Both the position numbers and the translations under genes were made by a program. Of a stretch of 64,000 nucleotides of DNA, positions 9,241-18,444 are shown piece after piece. The stretch is from an uncultured cyanobacterium (lineage in GTDB: Bacteria; Cyanobacteriota; Cyanobacteriia; Cyanobacteriales; Nostocaceae), in contig CAVUDP010000002.1 in NCBI GenBank assembly GCA_963740315.1, forward strand, positions 1,696,001 through 1,760,000. The letters run 5' to 3'. The notes beneath the pieces were generated by a model, which worked only from the letters and a program-made list of their open reading frames with translations, was not told the origin of the DNA and searched no databases. Position 1 is the first letter of the stretch; every line of letters starts with the position of its first letter.

Positions 9241-11361
9241 TTAAAATATCGACGATTCAAATCGATGCCGGGTGAATTTTTTCAATCTCCATTTCAAAGC
9301 TTCTAAAAGCAATGCATCTTGATGAAATGCACAACCATAAGCTTGTTCGTCTGCATCAATTAACCGATATAATCCAAATAATGGGTTTAGTTTAAGAGTT
9401 CTACTAATTTCCCAATGACTGTTACTAGGCTTCTTGGTAACGGGAACTAAAAAAGTCAGCAGTTTCTTTTTTTGCAAACAATTGATAACATTTGACTGGG
9501 GATGTCCGTCTAAACTGAGTTTATCTATTAAAGTCAATTCGCAATATTTAAGCTCGCTGCTTTTTCGATTGCAGTGCAGATTTATATCAAATCGTTTATC
9601 TACCCATTCTTGAATCTTCAAATAAACTTGAATATAATTATCGGGAAATTCTTCTTCTCCACTATCGCAACTTGATGCAGCTTGTAAAAAAGTATCTCTA
9701 TCGATGACTTCAACCAATGCATAGGGTAAAAGTCTGAGTAAATCGTAAGTGTAAAAACTATTGTTATCCCAAACCGCAGCCTGTAAACTTGAACTACCGC
9801 GAAACCGTAAAAGTTCTTCCTGAGTGGCTTTTCCTACCTCGTTATACAGCATGGCATACCACTGCTTGCCAACGGATTCGAGATTTTTTGCATAAAGACG
9901 CTGTAAATCTGCCGCCATCGACTCTCGCAAGAATTGACTTACCTGTTTATCCCGACTCATGCGGTAAAACATTCCGCTTACTTGCAACGCACCCCAACGT
10001 TTGCGATATTCATCAAACTCTTTGGGAGAATCAAAAGCCTGTGCGATCGCATCGTTTAATTGGCTTCTAGAAACGGTTTCGCCTTCACTAAGTTTATCTT
10101 GCAAACGCGCCATCACCCAAGGAGTATGACCGGGAATTAAAATAAAAGCCTGATAATTATTAAACCCCGAATGTCTCCCCAAACGTCCTAAACGTTGCAC
10201 GACAGTCGCCGAATCGCTACCCTCAAAAATCAACAAATGGATGCGAAAATCAACTCCCACATCTACTGCCGATGTTCCCACAACTAAAACAGACTGTGGA
10301 GAATTCTTCAACTGTTGCTTAGTTTCGCGTCTTTTTTGAGAGTCAATACGCCCGCTAACTTCTTTGACAATTACCAGTGGTAATAATCTTTCCAGCAAAC
10401 GAGTTACCAAACCAGCCTTAGCTACAGAATTAACAATAATTAATCCCCTACCAGCTTCTTGTGCATTCAACATCGACTGAATTTGAGCAACCATATCTTC
10501 CAACCACGCAGAAGTATCCGTTTTTAATTGCACAAACTCTAATTCTACCGACTGCAAAATTTGCCGATAACCCGGAGTTTTGCGATCGACATAAACCCCC
10601 TCCACCTGCTTAACCTTGAAATCAGCCTGCTGCAACTGGGTGATAAAATCTAGCTTGGGAGTCGCCGAAGTAAACAAAAACTTCCTGGCGCGACTATTAT
10701 TTTGACTGTGACGAATCAGAGTCATGCTATTTAAAGCAGCAGTTTCCTGATGAGAACTAAAAATCGGAAACTCGTCAAACACCCATAAATCCGGTATTTC
10801 TGCCAACTGCATCGGTAACAAATCGCTCCCGAAAGCCGGATTTTGATATTGATAGTGAGTGATGTAATGAAAAATATCGGGATTGGTAAGTAAAACAGGC
10901 TTTTGGTAAAGAGCCAACAACAACTCTTGAAACTTATTACTTTTTTGTGCTTGCTTAACCCGCCGACTTAACTGGGCACCATAAAGGCGATCGACTCGTT
11001 GTGCGGCATCCAAATTAAATAAATTATGATAATTAACCTGCTGTTCGTTTTGATCTTCCACCAATTCAATAGTAGGATATAGTCCCATAGTGCGAAAATC
11101 AGGATCGAGCAAACTTGGTAAATAAGCCCCCAAAGTTTTACCATCGCCAGTTGCAGAAGTATTAAAGATAATTTCTGCATCCCCCAGCATCACCTCAGCA
11201 TAAGTTTTAGCTTGATGAGAAGATAAAGGACAAGTACTATCGAATTGAGGTTTAAGAGTCGGAGCTTTTTGATATACAATACATTGTAGTTTGCACCCTA
11301 GCGGACAATTCCCCAATCCCGGATTAAGTTGGGAGTAGAGAGGCTGTAATTTAATTTTCAC
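9241..11361 (-). CDS. cas3: Type I-D helicase Cas3'
   Basis: TGDGKT Walker A, SAT motif III and QRLGRLGRH motif VI; no HD domain; GTG start. Confidence 0.95.
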   Translation of the reverse strand: MKIKLQPLYSQLNPGLGNCPLGCKLQCIVYQKAPTLKPQFDSTCPLSSHQAKTYAEVMLGDAEIIFNTSATGDGKTLGAYLPSLLDPDFRTMGLYPTIELVEDQNEQQVNYHNLFNLDAAQRVDRLYGAQLSRRVKQAQKSNKFQELLLALYQKPVLLTNPDIFHYITHYQYQNPAFGSDLLPMQLAEIPDLWVFDEFPIFSSHQETAALNSMTLIRHSQNNSRARKFLFTSATPKLDFITQLQQADFKVKQVEGVYVDRKTPGYRQILQSVELEFVQLKTDTSAWLEDMVAQIQSMLNAQEAGRGLIIVNSVAKAGLVTRLLERLLPLVIVKEVSGRIDSQKRRETKQQLKNSPQSVLVVGTSAVDVGVDFRIHLLIFEGSDSATVVQRLGRLGRHSGFNNYQAFILIPGHTPWVMARLQDKLSEGETVSRSQLNDAIAQAFDSPKEFDEYRKRWGALQVSGMFYRMSRDKQVSQFLRESMAADLQRLYAKNLESVGKQWYAMLYNEVGKATQEELLRFRGSSSLQAAVWDNNSFYTYDLLRLLPYALVEVIDRDTFLQAASSCDSGEEEFPDNYIQVYLKIQEWVDKRFDINLHCNRKSSELKYCELTLIDKLSLDGHPQSNVINCLQKKKLLTFLVPVTKKPSNSHWEISRTLKLNPLFGLYRLIDADEQAYGCAFHQDALLLEALKWRLKKFTRHRFESSIF

Positions 11362-11401
11362 AATAGTTTGAAAATCTCGATAAACCTAAGATAAAGCCGA
11401 A

Positions 11402-11448
11402 TTCCCAAAAGTCGTAGTCAAAAAATGATAACAACTGGTTTTTGGGAA
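11402..11448 (-). promoter_or_regulatory. Candidate operator upstream of cas3
   Basis: The 18-mer at 11414-11431 is the exact reverse complement of 15862-15879 upstream of the WYL gene; it is bracketed by the inverted repeat TTCCCAAAA/TTTTGGGAA. Confidence 0.55.
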
Positions 11449-11571
11449 GTATAAAAAATGTTACATAGACCTCAAAAGTATTGGTAGCGCGGTTTTGAGA
11501 AGATTTGAAATTAACAAAAAAAATTTTATGATCGACAACCGAATAGCATTATCCTAAGATGTAGCCAAGCG

Positions 11572-11764
11572 AAAAATTGACGGGGGAAAGCGAGGTCGAA
11601 AACCCCGATGTCCCGACAAAACGCCAGAACCTTGATAATTAAATAGTTTCAGAGATTTAGGCTCTAGGTTTTATCATTTGTGCGATCGGTCAAATGGGGT
11701 TTTTAAATTACCCCGTCAAAATCGGTTGTGGAAATGGCTCTGTTCAACGGTTTCAGATGGCAGA
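11572..11764 (+). promoter_or_regulatory. CRISPR leader of array 2
   Basis: Homologous to the reverse complement of 399-590 (for example the shared CAAAACGCCAGAACCTTGATAATT); abuts the first repeat. Confidence 0.85.
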
Positions 11765-14483
11765 GTTTCTTATTTATGAATCCCGGCAACGGGATTGAAA
11801 CATTGCATAAGACTTCCACAATAATTTAACCCATAAAGTTTCTTATTTATGAATCCCGGCAACGGGATTGAAACATATCTTTCTCATTTTTAGCTATTCG
11901 ATTCTCATGAGTTTCTTATTTATGAATCCCGGCAACGGGATTGAAACACATGATAATGATTCAAATTGGAATATCAAAAAGAAGTTTCTTATTTATGAAT
12001 CCCGGCAACGGGATTGAAACTTTTCATATAACTTTTCTTGTCTGCCTAAGACAGGTTTCTTATTTATGAATCCCGGCAACGGGATTGAAACATATCGAAT
12101 ACGTCTAATTCTTTACCATCAATTTTGTTTCTTATTTATGAATCCCGGCAACGGGATTGAAACGTAAAATCGTTTGTGCCGATCTGAAACTCTACAGCCT
12201 CCCTAGTTTCTTATTTATGAATCCCGGCAACGGGATTGAAACAATTCGCAACTGTTTACAAGCACAAGGACATCGAGGTTTCTTATTTATGAATCCCGGC
12301 AACGGGATTGAAACATAAATATTACTCGATGTTCTAATAAAAGTTAAAAGTTTCTTATTTATGAATCCCGGCAACGGGATTGAAACAAGAGTCTTAATTA
12401 TGTTAACTAGCTTCTGCTATAAGTTTCTTATTTATGAATCCCGGCAACGGGATTGAAACAGCCATTTTTATTGCAACTTGTTCATCTTTGATTTGTTTCT
12501 TATTTATGAATCCCGGCAACGGGATTGAAACCTGTGCATACTGCTTCAACCTTTCCCACACTATGGGTTTCTTATTTATGAATCCCGGCAACGGGATTGA
12601 AACTTCAGCTAAAGCCTTCAAAATTAGCTACTTTCCTTGTTTCTTATTTATGAATCCCGGCAACGGGATTGAAACCTGCAACATTACAAGCCATTTCAAA
12701 AGCAAGACTTAGTTTCTTATTTATGAATCCCGGCAACGGGATTGAAACGATTAATTCCCGCAGCGATCGAATCCACAGGTTTTGGTTTCTTATTTATGAA
12801 TCCCGGCAACGGGATTGAAACGAGAAAAACGTTCGTAGTTTTGCGGGCAATAAATCAGTTTCTTATTTATGAATCCCGGCAACGGGATTGAAACTTCGTT
12901 CTATGACTGATTCGGTTAAGAACATTGCCGGTTTCTTATTTATGAATCCCGGCAACGGGATTGAAACATTTTACGTTGTAAAGACCTGCTTTTAATTATA
13001 TACGGAATTGTTTCTTATTTATGAATCCCGGCAACGGGATTGAAACTTACGACTGTAGTTACAACTCCGCCAAATAAAGCAGTTTCTTATTTATGAATCC
13101 CGGCAACGGGATTGAAACCACTAAACAATCCCGCAAAAAGAATTCAACTTAGTGTTTCTTATTTATGAATCCCGGCAACGGGATTGAAACTAAGGAATAA
13201 TGCTTTAGCAACTCATTACAATAATGTTTCTTATTTATGAATCCCGGCAACGGGATTGAAACGAGAAACCTGCAATATTAGATGCAGTAAATATTACTGT
13301 TTCTTATTTATGAATCCCGGCAACGGGATTGAAACTTTTAATTGAGTTAGAAAGTCAGAGAATAATTTTGTTTCTTATTTATGAATCCCGGCAACGGGAT
13401 TGAAACATTATAAAAGATTTTAAATTGGTTTAATTCTTCTTCACGTTTCTTATTTATGAATCCCGGCAACGGGATTGAAACAAGTTAATCATTGCTTGCC
13501 CGGTCAATAAAACTTTTGTTTCTTATTTATGAATCCCGGCAACGGGATTGAAACATAGAGGAGAACTCTTAAACAAGCGCTATCGGACTATTTAGAGTTT
13601 CTTATTTATGAATCCCGGCAACGGGATTGAAACATTGCACGGTTGACCTCGTTTTTATCTAAAGACTTGTTTCTTATTTATGAATCCCGGCAACGGGATT
13701 GAAACATTTGAACGAAAATATCTCACACTAGCATTGCACGAGCTGGTTTCTTATTTATGAATCCCGGCAACGGGATTGAAACAAATCATCATTGCAAGCT
13801 GAACCTTTAACTGCTCCGAGTTTCTTATTTATGAATCCCGGCAACGGGATTGAAACATGTGACTTGTTGCTCTTCGATCGCTTCTTCTCAATAGTTTCTT
13901 ATTTATGAATCCCGGCAACGGGATTGAAACGGAAATAATCGCGATTAATAGAGATATATAGGCAGTGTTTCTTATTTATGAATCCCGGCAACGGGATTGA
14001 AACTAGATAAATACGTTGGTTCTGCTAATTCTTGTTTGGTTTCTTATTTATGAATCCCGGCAACGGGATTGAAACAATCTTTACCTTCGGCATATTTTTT
14101 GCCGGTCATGCGGTTTCTTATTTATGAATCCCGGCAACGGGATTGAAACGCCTCACCCGATGGTAAACGCCGAACACGGCAACGTTTCTTATTTATGAAT
14201 CCCGGCAACGGGATTGAAACGACTCCCATAGCCCGTTACCCAAATAAGTTTCCCTGTTTCTTATTTATGAATCCCGGCAACAGGATTGAAACTACTTTTT
14301 ACCAGTCATTTCTAAAACTTCCATTATACCATTTCTTTATAAAAATGCGCTGAATTTAGCCCACGCAGGTGGGCTTTGTTCGAGTAGCCCCACTCTTCTA
14401 GAGTGAGGGTGATTTAGCGCAGTCTCATACAGAATTGGTATTAGAAGTTTCTTATTTATAAATCCCGGCAACGGGATTGAAAC
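11765..14483 (+). CRISPR. CRISPR array 2 (type I-D), 36 repeats and 35 spacers, degenerate tail
   Basis: Repeat GTTTCTTATTTATGAATCCCGGCAACGGGATTGAAAC from 11765 to 14447; the last two carry one mismatch each; further remnants at 14521 and 15386. Confidence 0.98.
14327..14440. mobile_element. 114-bp MITE inserted in a CRISPR spacer
   Basis: TIR TACCATTTCT/AGAATTGGTA with flanking TTA duplication; removing it restores a 37-nt spacer. Confidence 0.85.
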
Positions 14484-14721
14484 GCCTCATTTATTTGGTT
14501 AACAATTTTAATATTTTGTGGTTTCTAATTTATCCTACTGGAAGGGCAGCATTCCAAATACCCCCCTCACAACCGCCTTGGAATAAATTCCCAGGCTCAT
14601 ATGCAAAGTCTGATAAATCAGACTAAGTAAGGCTTTTAGGGCGTTTTAACCGATATCTTGCACCATTGTTAGTGAGTCGCAAAACCCGCCTTGAAATTAA
14701 TTTTAATTAACCCATATCAAA

Positions 14722-15148
14722 GTAAGTTAAAACCCACTGTTAGCGCCTAGCGGAGCCTACCGTAGGTATTACGTATCCCTAGAACATAAACCATTATCAG
14801 TCGTCTTTAGATGACTTCGTTTATGAGCCTGGGAATTTATTCCAAGGCGGTTGTTGAGAATGGTGCAAGATGTAAGTTAAAACCCACTGTTAGCGTCTAG
14901 CGGAGCGTACCGTATGTATTACGTATCCGTGGAACATAAACCATTATCAGTCGTCTTTAGATGACTTCGTTTATGAGCCTGGGAATTTATTCCAAGGCGG
15001 TTGTTGAGAATGGTGCAAGATGTAAGTTAAAACCCACTGTTAGCGCCTAGCGGAGCGTACCGTAGGTATTACGTATCCGTAGAACATAAACCATTATCAG
15101 TCGTCTTTAGATGACTTCGTTTATGAGCCTGGGAATTTATTCCAAGGC
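14722..15148. repeat. About 3 tandem 150-bp units containing a REP-like palindromic end
   Basis: GTAAGTTAAAACCCACTG at 14722, 14872, 15022; each unit contains GCCTGGGAATTTATTCCAAGGC. Confidence 0.9.
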
Positions 15149-15196
15149 GTTTGTAAGACTCCCGGAGCTATTAAGCAATTGTGAATTTTTTGGAAT

Positions 15197-15325
15197 TAAG
15201 TAAGTGAACAAAAATATTTACCGTCATTGCGAGCGAAGCGAAGCAATCCCAGCCCTTGCGATTGCTTCATTTCACTTCGTTCCATTCGCAATGACATTGT
15301 GTAATTAATTATGTTTAACTACTTA
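15197..15325. mobile_element. 129-bp MITE-like element
   Basis: TAAGTA...TACTTA ends and an internal GTCATTGCGA...TCGCAATGAC palindrome; close copy at 20882-21010 and related core at 2408-2466. Confidence 0.8.
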
Positions 15326-15430
15326 TAAGGCGATTTAGCGCAGCCTCATACAGAATTGGATAAGTAGGATTTGAAGCAAGTTAAAGTTTCTAATTAATAA
15401 ATCCCAACAACGGGATTGATAAAAATATTA

Positions 15431-15616
15431 TTATTGTTGACGAATGCGTTTTTCCAATTCTGCTTCTGCTTCTTCAATCGTCATCGGAACAGAATTAACA
15501 GAAGCAGCACGTCTTCTATCTACGTAGGTATAAAATGCTTGTTTGTCTTCTGGATGCTCTCTAACATAAGACAACAATTCTGTATCTGACATTGTTTGAT
15601 AATTAAGCTGGTTCAT
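15431..15616 (-). CDS. Small cyanobacterial protein (DUF6887-like)
   Basis: NYQTMSDTELLSYVREH...AF pattern; ATGA overlap with the upstream small ORF. Confidence 0.7.
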   Translation of the reverse strand: MNQLNYQTMSDTELLSYVREHPEDKQAFYTYVDRRRAASVNSVPMTIEEAEAELEKRIRQQ

Positions 15617-15789
15617 TGTATTAACACCTCCCCATTTGGAAGTATTTCAATTTGTAAGGTTTCTCCAACCAGAATTACAATCCGTTGAACACGTTCATCA
15701 TACCGAACCAAATTGATTGATTGAAGCAAATTACTTGTCCTTACTGCGACTCGGTATAGAGATTTTAGTTGCTGGGCTGTTGGCTCCAT
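15613..15789 (-). CDS. Small cyanobacterial protein (DUF6888-like), 58 aa, not in the ORF track
   Basis: Translated by hand: MEPTAQQLKSLYRV...LVRYDERVQRIVILVGETLQIEILPNGEVLIQ; its stop overlaps the next ATG. Confidence 0.65.
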   Translation of the reverse strand: MEPTAQQLKSLYRVAVRTSNLLQSINLVRYDERVQRIVILVGETLQIEILPNGEVLIQ

Positions 15790-15904
15790 ATTTACCCTGG
15801 ATTCTTGAAATTATAAACAAGCGTCACAGAAATATCAATTCAACCGCTCAAATAATAGAAATTATCATTTTTTGACTACAATCTAAAAAAATGATTAAAG
15901 TATT

Positions 15905-16870
15905 ATGCCTGCTAAAACCAGCTATAACCAGATTGCATTTGCCTTTTTAATCCTGCAATTATTAGCCGAAAAGCCCAGAAAGCGAGACGAATTATCGGAA
16001 TTGCTCTCCGGTATCTTGGAAAAACAAGGTAAATCTGATGGCGATACCCTTCAAAAACTGACGCGCACAATTCGCAAGCTTCGAGACTGCGGTATTGAAA
16101 TCAAAAGCGCTCCCCATCATCCTTACGAACTTGTAGAATCAAATTTTCCCGTGATTCTTTCTACCGAGCAACGACAAGCTTTAGCAATAGCGGCTTATTT
16201 CCTTGCAGATATGGGTTTCTCGAAGGAAGCAAGCCAAATTAAACGCATCGGAAATATTACAGAGTTAGATATTCCAGGGTTTATTAAAGCCGATTTTAGT
16301 CCTCCGGTTGACTATAGCGAAGAGAAGTTAGATGATATTGTTCGCGAACTTCAAAAACGATTTGTAGAACAACGCCGCTATACAATTCGGTATCAAAGCA
16401 AACCCGGACAAGGACGGATCTGGGATATCGATCGCTCGGAATTACGACTGCACAATGGCAGTTTGTATTTGTTTGCCTTCATACCTGACTGGCGTTCCTG
16501 GCGTTTTGACTATTGGCGCAACATCGACCAAAACCATATTTTCCGCCTCGATAGAATTACTAACGTTGGTGCAGCATCCGATACTCATTGGACATCCAGC
16601 GATTTCCCCACTTTAAAAGTACGCTATCGCATGAGTGGAGCATTATGCAATTATCAACCGCGCCGTAAAGATGAAGTTATTATTTGCCAGAATTCTGAAG
16701 AAAAATATTGTGAAATCGAAGCCACAATTGACTATTGGTTTTGGTTTCGTCAGCGGATTTTGAAATATGGAGCAAATGCTCAAATTCTCAGCCCAGAAAA
16801 TTTAGTTGATGACATCGATCGCGAGTATATTAAAATATGTGAGAGATTATCTGTTAATAAAAACAGTTAA
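15905..16870 (+). CDS. HTH-WYL(-WCX) transcriptional regulator associated with CRISPR I-D
   Basis: N-terminal HTH (LTRTIRKLRDCG), LYLFAF...FRLDRI WYL motif and ILKYGANAQILSP WCX motif. Confidence 0.9.
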   Translation: MPAKTSYNQIAFAFLILQLLAEKPRKRDELSELLSGILEKQGKSDGDTLQKLTRTIRKLRDCGIEIKSAPHHPYELVESNFPVILSTEQRQALAIAAYFLADMGFSKEASQIKRIGNITELDIPGFIKADFSPPVDYSEEKLDDIVRELQKRFVEQRRYTIRYQSKPGQGRIWDIDRSELRLHNGSLYLFAFIPDWRSWRFDYWRNIDQNHIFRLDRITNVGAASDTHWTSSDFPTLKVRYRMSGALCNYQPRRKDEVIICQNSEEKYCEIEATIDYWFWFRQRILKYGANAQILSPENLVDDIDREYIKICERLSVNKNS

Positions 16871-17001
16871 AATCCAAATTAAACTAATTCTAAAAAAATG
16901 AATAAACAATGAATAAATAATGATAAAACAATGATAAATGTAATTCAAACAAATCGACTATAATTCAAAAATAGTTTAAATTATTATTAAATTATTAACA
17001 A

Positions 17002-17559
17002 ATGGAATTATCAAGTTCGATTCTACTTGCTTTTGGGCTAGCTGCTGACGCTTGTGCAGTCTCTTTAAGTAGTGGATTGACTATTAAAAATATCAAAATT
17101 TCTAAAGCAATTAAAATAGCGCTTTTCTTTGGTATATTTCAAGCCTTTATGCCTTTAATTGGTTGGCTGGTTGGATTAAGTATCAGAAGTTTTGTAATTA
17201 GTTTCAACCATTGGATAATATTTGGTATACTTAGCTATCTTGGCGGAAAGATGATTTTGGAATCGTTTGCAGATGATAACGATGAAAAACCAAAGTTTAA
17301 TTGTTTAGAAAATTACACTCTAATAGCCTTATCAATTGCCACTAGTATTGATGCCTTCGCCGCCGGATTGGGATTATCAATTTTAAAAAGTTCTATTTTA
17401 TTTACAGCTACCATAATTGGTTTTATCACCTTTGTTTTATCATTTATAGCGGTTTATATTGGTCATTTTTGTGGCGATATGTTCAAACAGAAAGTAGAGG
17501 CGATCGGCGGGGCTAGCTTGGTTTTTCTAGGAACGAAGATATTAATTGAAGGTTTCTGA
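17002..17559 (+). CDS. mntP: Manganese efflux pump MntP
   Basis: LAADACAVSL, FGIFQAFMPLIGW and ATSIDAFAAG motifs. Confidence 0.9.
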   Translation: MELSSSILLAFGLAADACAVSLSSGLTIKNIKISKAIKIALFFGIFQAFMPLIGWLVGLSIRSFVISFNHWIIFGILSYLGGKMILESFADDNDEKPKFNCLENYTLIALSIATSIDAFAAGLGLSILKSSILFTATIIGFITFVLSFIAVYIGHFCGDMFKQKVEAIGGASLVFLGTKILIEGF

Positions 17560-17586
17560 TAATTGTTCGTAGTAAGGGCTTTAGCC

Positions 17587-18444
17587 CTCACCCCCATTTA
17601 TCAAAGGATTAAAATCCTTACTACGAACCTTATTTAACTAAGGCGATCGCTCCTCATCCCCATTTAGAAAAGGACTAAAATCCTTACTACGAACCTTATT
17701 TAACTAAGGCGATCGCTCCTCATCCCCATTTATCAAAGGATTAAAATCCTTACTACGAACCTTATTTAACTAAGGCGATCGCTCCTCATCCCCATTTATA
17801 AAAGGACTAAAGTCCTTACTACGAACCTTATTTAACTAAGGCGATCGCTCCTCACCCCCATTTATCAAAGGATTAAAATCCTTACTACGAACCTTATTTA
17901 ACTAAGGCGATCGCTCCTCATCCGCATTTAGAAAAGGACTAAAGTCCTTACTACGAACCTTATTTAACTAAGGCGATCGCTCCTCACCCCCATTTATCAA
18001 AGGATTAAAATCCTTACTACGAACCTTATTTAACTAAGGCGATCGCTCCTCACCCCCATTTATCAAAGGATTAAAATCCTTACTACGAACCTTATTTAAC
18101 TAAGGCGATCGCTCCTCATCCCCATTTATCAAAGGATTAAAATCCTTACTACGAACCTTATTTAACTAAGGCGATCGCTCCTCATCCGCATTTATCAAAG
18201 GATTAAAATCCTTACTACGAACCTTATTTAACTAAGGCGATCGCTCCTCACCCCCATTTATCAAAGGATTAAAATCCTTACTACGAACCTTATTTAACTA
18301 AGGCGATCGCTCCTCACCCCCATTTATCAAAGGATTAAAATCCTTACTACGAACCTTATTTAACTAAGGCGATCGCTCCTCATCCCCATTTATAAAAGGA
18401 TTAAAATCCTTACTACAAACCTTATTTAACTAAGGCGATCGCTC
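17587..18444. repeat. 13 tandem 66-bp units (REP half, last codons of the neighbouring gene, HIP1 site)
   Basis: CTACGAACC recurs every 66 bp from 17621 to 18413 (CTACAAACC in the last copy). Confidence 0.95.

Noticed and set aside
17587..18444. 66-bp repeat as a CRISPR array
   Set aside because: The units are near-identical end to end, with no unique spacers.
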